A stretch of 64,000 nucleotides of DNA from an uncultured delta proteobacterium (GCA_963724765.1 CAVRVY010000004.1:1248001-1312000), one strand, 5' to 3'; shown: positions 1 through 11,022, numbered from the stretch's first letter. A program made the numbers and translations. Notes: generated by a model not told the origin, from the letters alone.

Positions 1-1380
1 GGAAAATCCTATGGGCTAGGATGCTTGGCGCTCGCGCACGTGTCTCTGTACGAGGACGCCCGAGTGATCTGTCTCACGCCCGGATGGTTGATGAATCGCG
101 CTGTCATTTGGTCGGAGATCCACGCGCTACTGGAACACGCCCCGCAGCGGCTGCCAGTGGTCAGTCAGACTCAAACCGAGTTGCGACTCGGCGCCAAAAA
201 CATGATTCTCGGGCTCTCCGCTGCTGATGCCGGCCGGCTTCAGGGACATCACTCCAAAAATTTGCTCGTCGTCGTCGACGAAACAGCCGCGCTTGCTCCT
301 TACTTCTGGCCAGCCATCGAGGGCGTACTCGCATCAGGCGATTCGCGACTCATTATTAGCGGCAACCCGACCGTCACGAGCGGACCATTTTTTGACGCAT
401 TCGGCCGCCATCGTGCGAGCTGGGAGACTATCCAAGTCGGGTACCAAGATACTGAGAACTTCGACGGCATCACGCTAGAGCGCTTGCTCGAGATGAGCGA
501 TGCCGAGCTCGACAACAATCCCCGCCCATACCTGATCACACGCCGATGGGTGAAAGAACGTTACGCAGAGTGGTGGAACGGCAGTGTCGCGAACAGTCCA
601 TTGTGGGCATCCCGCGTCTTGGGGCAATTCCCGTCCGAGGGCGGCAACAGCTTATTCCCACTGCGTGCGCTCGAGGCCGCGCGACGGAAGTCCGTCGACC
701 CAGGCGGTCCTGTCACGATCGGGTGCGATCCGGCAGGCCCCGGGAAAGACCTGACGGCCTGCGTGGCCGTCGCCGGCGGAACAATCCTGGATATCGCAAC
801 GTTTAGCGACGCGGATGCCCGCGGGCGGGTGATCGAATTCATAAAGCGCTGGAAAGATCGAGTCCGACTGGTCAACGTCGATAGTGGCGGCCTCGGCTTC
901 TACTTCACTGAACACGTACGCAGTCAGGGCTTTAGGACTATCGGTCTCAACGCGGCGAGTGCCGCAAGCGATCGCGAGCGATATACGAACCTGAAGGCCG
1001 AGCGCTACTTCCATCTGCGCCAGGCGTTCATCAAGGGTGCCATCAGTGGCCTCGACGACGAGACGCTGGGCGAGCTGGCGTCGATGGCGTACGTGGTCGA
1101 TCCGCATGGCAGAATCGCAATCGAAGATAAGGCGTCGGTGAAGTCCGCGCTGGGCCATAGCCCTGATCGGGGCGAAGCTCTGATGCTGGCCGCCGGCGAG
1201 GACGAGCATCAACCCTGGACGTATACGCCGGTTGTCCCGAGCCGTGCCACCTGGGCGGGCGCGTATGACGCACCGCGCAAGTTGACGCGGCGGCAACAAA
1301 ATCAGATCGACGACGCGAAGCCGAAGGCCGGGCTCGGAATGCTGATCAAAAGCCGGCGATGGGGCAGAGGCGGCTGGTGA
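1..1380 (+). CDS. terL: Phage terminase large subunit (5'-truncated by window edge)
   Basis: Frame is open from base 1 (GKSYGLG = tail of Walker A); Walker B LLVVVDE; coupling motif ISGNPT; RNase H-like nuclease GCDPA...D, VDSGGLG, NLKAE, SPDRGEAL. Confidence 0.88.
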   Translation, partial: GKSYGLGCLALAHVSLYEDARVICLTPGWLMNRAVIWSEIHALLEHAPQRLPVVSQTQTELRLGAKNMILGLSAADAGRLQGHHSKNLLVVVDETAALAPYFWPAIEGVLASGDSRLIISGNPTVTSGPFFDAFGRHRASWETIQVGYQDTENFDGITLERLLEMSDAELDNNPRPYLITRRWVKERYAEWWNGSVANSPLWASRVLGQFPSEGGNSLFPLRALEAARRKSVDPGGPVTIGCDPAGPGKDLTACVAVAGGTILDIATFSDADARGRVIEFIKRWKDRVRLVNVDSGGLGFYFTEHVRSQGFRTIGLNAASAASDRERYTNLKAERYFHLRQAFIKGAISGLDDETLGELASMAYVVDPHGRIAIEDKASVKSALGHSPDRGEALMLAAGEDEHQPWTYTPVVPSRATWAGAYDAPRKLTRRQQNQIDDAKPKAGLGMLIKSRRWGRGGW

Positions 1381-1751
1381 TGACTCCGCTTGAGGTATCC
1401 GCCACTGTCGCGCGTCTCGGAGGCCCCAGCGCGGTCGGTCGTCTGGTCGGGCGCAAACCGCAAACCGTCTGTCGATGGCAGAGACGAGGGCTCGACCCGC
1501 GCCGACCTGGTAATCGCCGGTCGATCGACCGACTGCGCGAGCTCCTCGATAACGCGCCGGAGCCGGTTACCAAGAAGCCGAAGCGGAAAACCTGCGCGAC
1601 CTGCGGCCAACCCGATGAGCAGCTCGTCTGCGAGAAATGCCGGGCGGCTTCGATCGTCTTCGACCGCGAGCGCGGCGTCGGAACGGTGCCTCTCAATTTG
1701 CGGCGCGCCTACAACCTGAACGACAAGGGGCGACCCCAGAGGGCCGCGTGA
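1380..1751 (+). CDS. Cro-like HTH protein with C-terminal Cys4 zinc finger
   Basis: ATG overlaps terL stop (TGATG); LGGPSAVGRLVGRKPQTVCRW is HTH-like; CATC...CEKC. Confidence 0.6.
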   Translation: MTPLEVSATVARLGGPSAVGRLVGRKPQTVCRWQRRGLDPRRPGNRRSIDRLRELLDNAPEPVTKKPKRKTCATCGQPDEQLVCEKCRAASIVFDRERGVGTVPLNLRRAYNLNDKGRPQRAA

Positions 1752-1924
1752 AGACGCAAGCCGGCGATAAGCCTACCCCGCTGACTAGTAGCTGGCGAGA
1801 CTGGTTCTTCATCGGGAAACGCCATGCTCCACGGTCGCCACGCAGGAAGCTGGACCATTGGCGTCCCTATCGACCCGGCGCACGCTCGTCGCGCTTTAGT
1901 CACCAACTCGGACTGGACCGATGA
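1748..1924 (+). CDS. Small hypothetical phage protein
   Basis: GTG start overlaps the previous stop (GTGA); no recognisable motif. Confidence 0.3.
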   Translation: MKTQAGDKPTPLTSSWRDWFFIGKRHAPRSPRRKLDHWRPYRPGARSSRFSHQLGLDR

Positions 1925-2173
1925 TGCGCGGTTGCTACAGACGGCCGCGGCGCCGGCCGGGCCCGAGGCGCGCGATCCCTGAGAGCCGCGACCTCGAGGC
2001 CAAGCGAGAGGCGCTGCGATTGGGCCGCGAGCTGCTGCGCGGAACAAAGTACGAGGAAGAGGCGTGAGATCGGCATTGCTCCGCGCCGTGGCTGACGCCC
2101 TGTGGATTTCGTTGGCGGTCGTTGCTTGCGAGGACCTGGCGCGCGGCTAATGATGATTTCCGAGGGAAGTCGA

Positions 2174-2371
2174 GTGACAAATCGCAAGCAGCTTGAGCGC
2201 CTGGGGCATCAGGTCGTGATGCACGGCGCGGATCGCACGCTCTATCAGTGCCAAAGGTGTCGCTGGCTTTTCAGGATTGGGCGACCCAGCGGGCTCGCGT
2301 TGCCAGAGGGCCATGACGTTTCTCCTGCCGAAATAGAAAGACGGAGTTCAGCCGCGTGTCCCGGTGCATAA
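2174..2371 (+). CDS. Small hypothetical protein with CxxC (Zn-ribbon-like)
   Basis: GAGGGA RBS before GTG at 2174; LYQCQRCRWLF. Confidence 0.4.
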   Translation: MTNRKQLERLGHQVVMHGADRTLYQCQRCRWLFRIGRPSGLALPEGHDVSPAEIERRSSAACPGA

Positions 2372-2502
2372 GGCTCAAGTGGATGAAAGCGCAAAAAAAT
2401 GAAGCGTGGACCGAAGCTGCTCATGGTGAACGCCCGCTCGAGTTTCGGACGGCTGCCAATCCGCTACCCTGGCGCTCTCCGCGCCACGAGTTGAGCTGAA
2501 AG

Positions 2503-5500
2503 TTGGCCCTACCTAACGAACGGCTCCGCGAGATCGTTCACGAGCTTTCCGGTCGGCCTAAACATGAAAAGGTTCGGTCGCTAATCTACAGCCTTTTGGT
2601 TGATGGGCTCGGCGCCCAGAGCACGGAAATTCAATTCGAGCGCAAGTTGCCCGAAGTACACGGCCGCACGGACGCGCTGCTTGGAAGGACCGTACTCGAG
2701 TTTAAGAGCGACCTTCAAAATGAAGCCGGCGACGCTGAAGAGGAACTCTCCCGCTATCTCAGCCAGCGTGAATCCGAGACGGGACATCGCTTCGTTGGCG
2801 TTGCGATCGATGGCGCTGATTTTTTCGCCTACGAGCTGAGGCGCGGAAAGCTCACCCGCCTTCGCACGCATTTCAGCTTGCGCGGCGAGTTGCGCAAAAA
2901 GGGCAGTAACGCGATCGAGATCGGGCATGCGTTGCTCGCTTGGCTAAGCGGGTTTCTAACTTTACGCCCTGAGCTTACGCCTGACCCCGAAGTGATTCGC
3001 CAGGAGCTCGGCCGCGAAAGCGTTGCCTACGAGATCGCCAGTTCAAGGCTTGAGGTGCTCTGGTCGGCGGTCAAGGACCTGTCGGATGTTCGTCTAAAGC
3101 GTCAGTTGTGGTCAGAGCGCCTCGCCCTCGTCTACGGTACCAGCATCGACGATGACGCTCTCTTCTTTCAGCACAGCTACTTGACGATCGTCGCGAAAAC
3201 GATGGCCACGCTGATTCTCGGAGCTGAGCTTCCCACACCCGCCGATTTGCTCTCCGGCAAGGTATTTCAGGATGCCGGCATCGATGGAGTAGTCGAATCC
3301 GACTTCTTCGATTGGGTGCTCGCGGCGTCGGGCGGTGACGACCTCATCCATCGTATAAGCACGCAGGTAGCGCGCTTTCGTCTTGGCGACATTAAGCACG
3401 ATGTTCTCAAGGTTCTCTATGAATCACTGATCGATCCCGAACAGCGGAAGTATTTGGGCGAATACTACACCCCTGACTGGCTCGCGCAGAAAGTATGCGA
3501 TCGCTTATTGGACCGACCCCTTGAGCAGCGCGCCCTCGATCCTTCCTGCGGTTCCGGCACGTTCCTGTTCCATGCGGTGCGCCGGTTTCTCAAGGCAGCC
3601 GATGCTGCCAATATCGGCAATCGCGAGGCGCTCCAGCGTTGCACCGAGCGTGTCTTCGGGATCGACGTACATCCGGTAGCCGTAATCAATGCGCGCATCA
3701 CCTACCTGCTCGCCATGGGCGAGACGCGTCTGCGCGACCACCCAAATCTTAGTATCCCCGTTTACCTCGGCGACTCACTCCAGTGGAATACCGAGGAAGT
3801 CCTGACGGGGCAGACAGTGCGGGTCCGCGTGCCTCCTCAAGGGACCGAAGAAGAAAAGGACCCCGCGAAAGTCCCGAACCTGACATTTCCGATTCGGCTT
3901 GCCACTAACCCCGCTCTCTTTGACGCAGTGCTTAACCAAATGCTGCGGCTGAGCGAAGAGAAAGCTCCGGCGAGCGTCTTAGAGAATTGGACGGAGCAAT
4001 TTCCGAAGGAGGAAATCCCGCCGGAGATGCGCAGCACGCTGATCTCCACGTACAAGAATCTGCGCCGGCTGCGTACCGAGAAACGCAATCATATCTGGGG
4101 CTATGTGGCGCGCAACCTAAGCCGCCCAGTGTGGCTAGCGACGGCCGGGCAGAAGGTGGATGTAATCATCGGTAACCCGCCTTGGCTTGCCTATCGTGAT
4201 ATGTCGTCGGAGATGCAAAAGCGTCTTCGCGCGGAGTGCACCGAGCGCGACCTGTGGGCCGGCGGTAAGGTTGCGACGCACCAAGACATCTCAGCGTACT
4301 TCTTTGCCCGGTGTGTTGAACTCTATCTAAAAAAGAATGGCGTAATCGCCATGGTTCTGCCCTACGCAACGATGACGCGCCAGCAATATCGTGGCTTCCG
4401 CAACGGTATTTTCGCGAGCAAGCCGACGCGCAAGAAAGGGGTACGAATTTACGCCTCAGTGCGCTTTAATGAGGCGTGGACCTTTGACGAGTCCGTGCAG
4501 CCGCTCTTTAACGTGCCCTCGTGCGTGCTCATAGCAACCGGGAAGCGAACCAGGAGCGTTGCCGGCAAGAGTTACCGCCTATTCCGGTCAGCTTCCGCAG
4601 CGCGATTCATCAAATGCAGAGGCTGAGGCACATCTGAGTTCGCAAGAAGTATCCTGGCCGAAAGGCAATGAGTCGAAGGCCAGCGGCTATAGCGGCAAGT
4701 TTAGGCAAGGCGCAACCGTTGTTCCGCGATTCCTATTCCTGGTAAAACGCGCGTCCGCTGGTCGCCTAGGTTTTAATCGCGATACGCCACTGGTCGAGAG
4801 CCGCCGAAGCAATCTCGAGAAGCGACCGTGGAGGGATTTGGAGCCGCTTCGCGGGCCAGTCGAAAAACAGTTTCTGCGGCCACTCTATCTGGGCGAGTCG
4901 ATCGCACCATTCCGTCTACTAGAGCCGCTCGAGTCCGTGATTCCCTGGGATAGAACAAAAGCCCGACTGCTGGATTCCCAATCCGCACAACGCGCCGGTT
5001 ATCGCCACCTTGCCAACTGGTTAAAGCAATCTGAGTTGCTCTGGGCAAACGAAGGCAAAGGACGGATGTCCTTGCTTGCGAGGATCGACAAGTTTCATGG
5101 GCTTTCGGCACAGATGCAGTGTAATTCCACGCGCGTTCTTTACTCGGCTTCGGGTACCATTCCGGCTGCCGCCCTATTGAAAGACTCGGACGCTGTGATC
5201 GAGCACAAGCTCTACTGGTCAGAGATTTCAGGCGAGACTGAAACGAACTATCTCATAGCCACGCTCAACAGTGATGCGATTCGCGGTTACGTTGCTTCCC
5301 GCCAATCGCGAGGGCAATGGGGGCCGCGAGATTTCGACAAGCTTCTAGCCGAGGCAATTGCTGAGTTCAACCCGTCCAATCCGCTGCACCTGGAACTCGC
5401 ACACGAGGGTGCGCGCGCCGAGAAAGTCGCGGCGCGAGTTGAACTCTCGGACGGTATCCATTTCATTCGGGCGCGCGGTATTATCCGCAAGGCGTTGAGA

Positions 5501-5605
5501 GAAGAAGGCGTCGGAGACCGAATCGAAAAACTTGTTCGCCGGCTATTACAGACCGGGTCACCCGCTTCCAAGGTGGGGGGAACTGGAATCGGCCCGGCAA
5601 AGTGA
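2503..5605 (+). pseudogene. Fused type IIG/IIL-like restriction-modification enzyme (nuclease + N6-adenine MTase + TRD), frameshifted near 4535-4560
   Basis: RTDAL...LEFKS nuclease motif, GEYYTP, DPSCGSGTF (motif I), GNPPW (motif IV) in 2503-4626; TRD-like region (FRQGAT, IEHKLYW) continues in the +1 frame to 5605. Confidence 0.8.
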
Positions 5606-5720
5606 ACTGTAGAATCTCAGGCGCAAGATCCGGGCTCGGCTCCATCGTGAATCAGCGGCCGAATCGTGATCGAGCTCATCGACTCGCCGACGGCGCTGTT
5701 GGGCCCAAGGGCCCCCTTCA

Positions 5721-6098
5721 ATGGCCGGTAAAATTTCCTTGATCTCCTGTCGCTACGCCGCGCGGTGCACTGTCTGTTTAAGGCGGGTGCGCGCAACAGC
5801 AATCGCTCGATTTATGGATAACCAAGGCAGGCCACTACGGCAACGAGAGCTGTGCGACCGTCACGCACGTGAGTTGAAGGCGCTCCATCGCGAGGTCCGG
5901 GGTACTTCGATCAAACCATCCGAGCCTCTCCCCACAGCCGGGTCCGCGATGGTGAGTTTGGTGGGTTTGGTGACTTTGTTTCCGGCCCTAGCCGTTTTCG
6001 TTTTCGGCCGAGAACGCCCACCCGCACAAAACCCGCACAATTTGCCAGATTTGGCGGGGCTCCACCTCTCGCGCGCTGATGTCCTAACCTACCAATAA
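5721..6098 (+). CDS. Hypothetical Cys/His-containing small protein
   Basis: C-x5-CxxC...CxxH pattern; C-terminal part runs through att repeats and may be spurious. Confidence 0.3.
   Translation: MAGKISLISCRYAARCTVCLRRVRATAIARFMDNQGRPLRQRELCDRHARELKALHREVRGTSIKPSEPLPTAGSAMVSLVGLVTLFPALAVFVFGRERPPAQNPHNLPDLAGLHLSRADVLTYQ
5951..5977. repeat. Three tandem 9-bp repeats GGTG(A/G)(G/C)TTT
   Basis: GGTGAGTTT GGTGGGTTT GGTGACTTT. Confidence 0.7.
6020..6040. repeat. Putative integrase arm-type sites (ACCCGCACAA x2, 11-bp period)
   Basis: Exact 10-bp direct repeat at 6020-6029 and 6031-6040, about 90 bp from the tRNA 3' end. Confidence 0.6.
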
Positions 6099-6108
6099 GC
6101 CTTTGATT
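6096..6108 (-). promoter_or_regulatory. IHF-binding site at att junction
   Basis: Minus strand AATCAAAGGCTTA matches WATCAANNNNTTR exactly; lies between the tRNA core and the arm repeats. Confidence 0.65.
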
Positions 6109-6126
6109 ACACTAAAGAATATTGAA

Positions 6127-6211
6127 TGCCGGGAGCGGGATTCGAACCCGCACGGAGGTTGCCCTCCAGGGGATTTTAAGTCCCCTGCGTCTGCCATTTC
6201 GCCACCCCGGC
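6127..6211 (-). tRNA. tRNA-Leu (anticodon TAA), CCA not encoded
   Basis: GCCGGGGTGGCGAAATGGCAGACGCAGGGGACTTAAAATCCCC...GGGTTCGAATCCCGCTCCCGGCA; long variable arm, T-loop GTTCGAATC. Confidence 0.96.
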
Positions 6212-6225
6212 GCTTTATGAACGCG

Positions 6226-6470
6226 CTATCCAGGCATCCCTAGACCCAGTCCGAAGCCGACACCGCCAAAAATGACCGCGAACATCGCCGTGTACACGGT
6301 CATCGGTAGGTTGCCGCGAGCAGATACCGAATCGAGAACACAGCGGCGAACAGTCCGAAGCTGCAAAACGGCAGGGCGAACAGATGGAGACCCCCGGTTG
6401 CGAGTTGCGGCTTGGCGCTGGCCGTACGCATCACATCTGGCGCTGTCTGCTCCATTAAAATATCGCCCAT
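6226..6470 (-). pseudogene. Fragment of a membrane protein gene (two TM segments in two frames)
   Basis: GGLHLFALPFCSFGLFAAV in one frame joins MFAVIFGGVGFGLG in another; truncated just upstream of the tRNA. Confidence 0.3.
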
Positions 6471-6710
6471 ATGCTCGGAGCCGCGGCGGAATCGCGATCG
6501 GGGCGCCGATGGGCGATTTTGCATGGCGCGTGAAGGGCGGCGCAAGCCTACGTGGAGAAGCCCCCGGCGTCTGCCACCGTCTTCCCATGCACTTGCCAAT
6601 GTTGACTAAGAGCACAACTTTGCCTAGGGGCGTTATGACGCAGCATGGCGTGCATTTGGGTGAGAATAGTTTAAAATGGAGTCTGGAAAAGGATAGTCCA
6701 GTTTTTGAAA

Positions 6711-9647
6711 ATGAAAGGACTGAGGAAGATCGTCAGGTACGTAACCCTGTTCGGCATCTGCTGCGTTGCCTTGCTGGCACCAGTGGACGACATTCAGGGA
6801 ACTGACGCCGGCACGCCACCGCCCATTGTCATCACGCAAAAAATCAGCGAAAGCGGCCTATTTGCGCTCACCGGCAACACGCGTCCAGAGGCAAACGCCG
6901 TGAACGATCGCGGTCCGGTCGCCGACAGTTTCCCGATGCAGCATTTGATGCTTCAACTAAGGCGGCCTCCCGAACGCCAGGAGGCACTTAACCGATACGT
7001 GGAGGAACTCAGCGACCCCAAGTCGCCAAACTTTCATCATTGGCTCACCGCGCAAGACCTCGGACAAAGGTACGGGCTGGCCCAAGAAGACCTTGCGACG
7101 GTCAGCGATTGGCTTCGGGCTTACGGTTTTGCGGTCAACACGGTCTATTCCAACGGTACGATCATCGATTTCTCGGGCACGGCAGGCCAAATATTCGAAG
7201 CCTTCCACACCAGGATTCACCGTCTTGAGGTGAACGGCGCGCAACATCTTGCCAACATGAGCGACCCGCAGATTCCGGCTGCGTTGGCGCCGGCAATCGT
7301 TGGGATAGTCTCACTGAATGACTTCAGGCCGCACCCGATGTACCGCCGGCGTGTCCAATATACCGTCGGGGACGGGCTTCATCTGGTTGCGCCGGCGGAT
7401 CTGGCAACTATCTACAACCTGAATCCGCTGTTTGCGGCGGGATATTCGGGTCAAGGCCAGAGGATCGTGGCTGTCGAGGATAGCGACGTATACAATACTA
7501 CGGACTGGAGCACCTTCCGCTCAAAATTTGATCTTCAGAGCGCTTTTCCTAGCGGCACGTTCACGCAGATACATCCGGCACCGGGCAGTGGCGGAACATG
7601 CCCAGATCCTGGCGTCAACGAAGACGATGCGGAGGCGATCCTCGATGCGGAATGGGCCAGTGCGGCAGCGCCCAACGCGGCTATCGAGCTGGCCTCGTGC
7701 GCGGACACCGAGACGAACTTCGGAGGGTTCATCGCGCTGCAGAACCTGCTCAGCGACGGCGGTACGCCGCCCGCTATCGTGAGCATCAGCTATGGAGAGT
7801 CCGAGAGCGTGCTAGGCTCGGCTTTCAATGCCTATATCGACGGGTTGTTTCAGCAGGCGGTCTCCGAGGGCGTATCGGTTTTCGTGTCGTCGGGCGACGA
7901 GGGCGCGGCAAGTTCTGACGCGAAGCAAAGCAGCGCAACGCACGGAATTAGCGTCAGCGGATTCACTTCCACGCCATACAACGTGTCTGTAGGTGGCACG
8001 GACTTCGGTGACACCTTCGCGGGTACTACCAGCACATACTGGGGCACGAATGGATCGAACTTCGGTTCGGCCCTGTCCTATGTTCCGGAAATTCCCTGGA
8101 ACGATTCATGCGCCAGCGAGCTGATCGCAAATTATTTTGGCTTCGCAACAACGTACGGCTCGAGCGGCTTCTGCAACAGCAGCGATGGAGTCAATCGTTT
8201 GACTACCGAGTCTGGAAGTGGAGGCCCCAGTGGTTGCGCGACCGGGGCACCCTTCACAGCGGGTGTTGTCAGTGGAACCTGTGCGGGATATGCCAAGCCC
8301 TCCTGGCAATCCGTTTTGGGGAACCCACGCGATGGGGTGCGCGATATACCTGACGTCTCGTTATTCGCCGCAAACGGGATATGGGAGCATTACTACGTGG
8401 TCTGCGACTCCGACGTCGCTCGTGGTGGGGCATCATGCGCCGGTGCTCCCAGCACGTGGTCTGGTTTCGGGGGAACTTCAATCTCGTCGCCAGTGGTCGC
8501 CGGTATTCAGGCACTGATAAATCAAAAGACCGGGAGCCGCCAGGGTAACCCGAACCCGGTCTACTACGCTCTTGCCGCTGCCGAATATGGCGCGAGCGGC
8601 GATCCGGCGTGCAACTCCACTCTCGGTAACGCGACGGCCAGCGACTGCGTCTTTTACGACGTCACACTGGGTGACATGGACGTGAACTGCACGGGCGCGG
8701 ATAACTGCTTCATACCATCGGGTACAAATGGCGTGCTCTCGACGTCCGACGCTTCGTACCAGCCGTCCTACGCGACACAGATCGGATGGGATTTTGCTAC
8801 CGGGATCGGAACGATCAATGCCAATAACCTGGCGATGGCCTTTAGTTCGGGAACTCCGACGCCGACGCCCGGCCCAACATCTACGCCAACCTCCGCGCCC
8901 ACGCCAACTTCCGCGCCCACGCCGACGTCGACACCGAAATCAACTCCGACTCCCATGCTGACACCAGCGCCAACGCCAACTCCGGTTGTCAAAGCGCTGC
9001 GCTTCGGGGCCGACCCCGTAGCCTTACCCAACACCGTATTGGGGGTAACTGGCGCCACCAGCGCATCCGTGCAGGTCCATCTTACGGATCCCGGCACCAG
9101 TCCGGCGTTTCCGATTACACTTGAAGGGATGCAGTTCGTCGGAGCCAATCCCGCTGACTTCGCGGTCCAGTCTTCGACCTGCCCGACGGTGATTACGCCG
9201 GGACTCGAGTGCTTCTTGAATCTCACCTTCACGCCGACCGGACTGGGACTGAGAACCGCCAATCTGAAGATTTTCGACAACGCGAACAACAGGCCTCAGA
9301 TCTTCCATCTCTCTGGGTACGGGGTTAGGGGCCGGCTGCCGCGCTCGCCCGCGGAGCTGCTCTTCAGAACGGTGGCGAAAGGGAGCAGCAAAACACTGCC
9401 GGTAACGCTGACCAATCCGGAGACCGTAGCCCTCGAAATTACTTCGATTGCTGTTAAGGGATTTAATGCCTCTGAGTTCACAGAGACGGACAATTGCATA
9501 GGCACGCTGGGCGCGGGCAACTCGTGCACCATCGAGGTCACCTTCACGCCGTCAGCAATAGACGCTCGGTACGCCAACGTGAAAATATTCGATGACGCCC
9601 GCCAAAGCCCGCAGGTCGTTCCGATGCGAGGCTGGGGAACAGAATAG
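6711..9647 (+). CDS. Secreted S53 (sedolisin/kumamolisin) serine protease with pro-domain, Pro/Thr linker and two C-terminal Ig-like (ASH/choice-of-anchor D-like) domains
   Basis: Signal peptide; pro-kumamolisin region ([12 protein letters not shown]); catalytic EAILD, SSGDEG, GGTS; GWDFATGIG; PT repeats; two ...TFTP...A.L.I.D.A..SPQ...L.G domains. Confidence 0.9.
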   Translation: MKGLRKIVRYVTLFGICCVALLAPVDDIQGTDAGTPPPIVITQKISESGLFALTGNTRPEANAVNDRGPVADSFPMQHLMLQLRRPPERQEALNRYVEELSDPKSPNFHHWLTAQDLGQRYGLAQEDLATVSDWLRAYGFAVNTVYSNGTIIDFSGTAGQIFEAFHTRIHRLEVNGAQHLANMSDPQIPAALAPAIVGIVSLNDFRPHPMYRRRVQYTVGDGLHLVAPADLATIYNLNPLFAAGYSGQGQRIVAVEDSDVYNTTDWSTFRSKFDLQSAFPSGTFTQIHPAPGSGGTCPDPGVNEDDAEAILDAEWASAAAPNAAIELASCADTETNFGGFIALQNLLSDGGTPPAIVSISYGESESVLGSAFNAYIDGLFQQAVSEGVSVFVSSGDEGAASSDAKQSSATHGISVSGFTSTPYNVSVGGTDFGDTFAGTTSTYWGTNGSNFGSALSYVPEIPWNDSCASELIANYFGFATTYGSSGFCNSSDGVNRLTTESGSGGPSGCATGAPFTAGVVSGTCAGYAKPSWQSVLGNPRDGVRDIPDVSLFAANGIWEHYYVVCDSDVARGGASCAGAPSTWSGFGGTSISSPVVAGIQALINQKTGSRQGNPNPVYYALAAAEYGASGDPACNSTLGNATASDCVFYDVTLGDMDVNCTGADNCFIPSGTNGVLSTSDASYQPSYATQIGWDFATGIGTINANNLAMAFSSGTPTPTPGPTSTPTSAPTPTSAPTPTSTPKSTPTPMLTPAPTPTPVVKALRFGADPVALPNTVLGVTGATSASVQVHLTDPGTSPAFPITLEGMQFVGANPADFAVQSSTCPTVITPGLECFLNLTFTPTGLGLRTANLKIFDNANNRPQIFHLSGYGVRGRLPRSPAELLFRTVAKGSSKTLPVTLTNPETVALEITSIAVKGFNASEFTETDNCIGTLGAGNSCTIEVTFTPSAIDARYANVKIFDDARQSPQVVPMRGWGTE
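8853..8985 (+). repeat. Pro/Thr-rich coding linker repeats
   Basis: [25 protein letters not shown]... Confidence 0.8.
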
Positions 9648-9927
9648 GCCAAGCGGGGCGACTCGCGGTCTCACACGATGCTCTCCGTTGGAACGATCTC
9701 GGAGAAGAGGGCGCGCGGCGACGGTGATTTCTGTGAACGGCCCGCCGGTGGCGCACCACCGATGGCGATTTTACATGGTGCGTGAAAGGTGTAGCGCAAG
9801 CCACCTATGGAAGCGCTCTTCCCGGACTCGTCCGGAGCGGCAGCCGCGCACTTTGCAGCCGCGGCATCAACTTTTACCGCCTATCTGCCGCTTGATCGCA
9901 CCATACCCCACGGCATTACAATGACGC

Positions 9928-10674
9928 ATGACGGCTGTCACGCAGATCCGCCGCCCGCAGATACTCCGCGCCCAGATATTCCGCGCCCAGATATTCCGAT
10001 CGACGAAACGCTTCGGGGTCCTGTTGGTGCTGGCGATGGCAGGATGCGGATTCGCCTCGGCGCCGCTCAAAGACACGCCACAGATCGTGGCCACGCCGCA
10101 GCAGGGCCAGCTCAACGTGACCACCCAGCCTGGCACTCCGATCGGTGACGTGCAGCCAGTCTACGTCTCGGTCGCCAATGGCAGCGACGTGCCGCGTTCG
10201 ATCGTGCCGAGCCAGATTTTCGCGCTCAACAACTCCGGCGCGCGAGTCGCGCCACTGCCGCCGGGCGAGGCGGCGCGCGAGGCCGGCGGCTCGGGCGAGC
10301 TCAAGGCTGCACTGACCAGCGGCGCGGTGGGCGGAGTTGCCGAGGGCGCACTGGGCGCAGGCCTCGGAGCGATCGTGGGATCAGTGGTGAACGGATTCGC
10401 GGGCTTCAGCGGCCCCGCGAGCGGCGCGATAGTCGGTGGCGCGTTGGGCGGCGGCGCGGGAATCGTTAACGGGGTGCAGCGCGGCTCCGACAAGGCCGAC
10501 CAGCAAGCCAACGCGCAGCTCCAGGCGCTGGCACTGCAGGGCGGCGAGATCCGGCACGATTTCACAGTCAGCGGCTACGTATTTTTCCCCAAGGGCAGCT
10601 ATCACGAGATGGAGTTTCTGCTGGTCAACCAGGAGACCGGCGACACTGAAGTGATGCGCGAGCCCTGGCGCTAG
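9928..10674 (+). CDS. Putative lipoprotein with glycine-zipper region
   Basis: Lipobox LAMAGC; GxxxG zipper GAVGGVAEGALGAGLGA...; C-terminal GYVFFPKG. Confidence 0.7.
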   Translation: MTAVTQIRRPQILRAQIFRAQIFRSTKRFGVLLVLAMAGCGFASAPLKDTPQIVATPQQGQLNVTTQPGTPIGDVQPVYVSVANGSDVPRSIVPSQIFALNNSGARVAPLPPGEAAREAGGSGELKAALTSGAVGGVAEGALGAGLGAIVGSVVNGFAGFSGPASGAIVGGALGGGAGIVNGVQRGSDKADQQANAQLQALALQGGEIRHDFTVSGYVFFPKGSYHEMEFLLVNQETGDTEVMREPWR

Positions 10675-10707
10675 TCAGTCTGCCGCGGCTCATCCGAGCG
10701 AGACTGA

Positions 10708-10935
10708 CTACTTCTTTTTCTCCGCGCCGGCGGCGAGTTCGTCGAGCGCCTGGTTGACGAAGTATCGCTGCGCGGGGTCGCGATCATCCAGTTCGGACTT
10801 GCGCCGCGCGGTCCATTCGGCAATCGCGATCACCGCGGCTTCCTCGGCGCTCGAGATGCCGAGCGCATCGGCAATTTCCCGCAGTCCCGCCCATAGCTCG
10901 TCGGGCAACTCGACCTTTATCGCCTTGCCAGCCAT
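10708..10935 (-). CDS. Ribbon-helix-helix (CopG/Arc-like) DNA-binding protein
   Basis: IKVELPDELWAGLREIADALGIS pattern; 75 aa. Confidence 0.6.
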   Translation of the reverse strand: MAGKAIKVELPDELWAGLREIADALGISSAEEAAVIAIAEWTARRKSELDDRDPAQRYFVNQALDELAAGAEKKK

Positions 10936-11022
10936 CGCTCGCGTCCTTACTGCGTCCTCATATTTTGGATGCTCTCATACGGCCGCTCTAACTTCGAGCG
11001 TCAAAACCGTCCGCAAGAAAGG

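Larger units (their letters stand above)
1..6126. mobile_element. Right end of a phage-related integrative element (prophage remnant or satellite) inserted at tRNA-Leu; continues left of the window
   Basis: Terminase, phage-like small ORFs and RM cargo abut the 3' end of tRNA-Leu; IHF consensus and arm-type direct repeats lie at the junction; codon style differs from the flanking housekeeping genes. Confidence 0.75.

Noticed and set aside
9650-9925. Riboswitch in the intergenic region before the lipoprotein
   Set aside because: Only small hairpins; no recognisable riboswitch consensus
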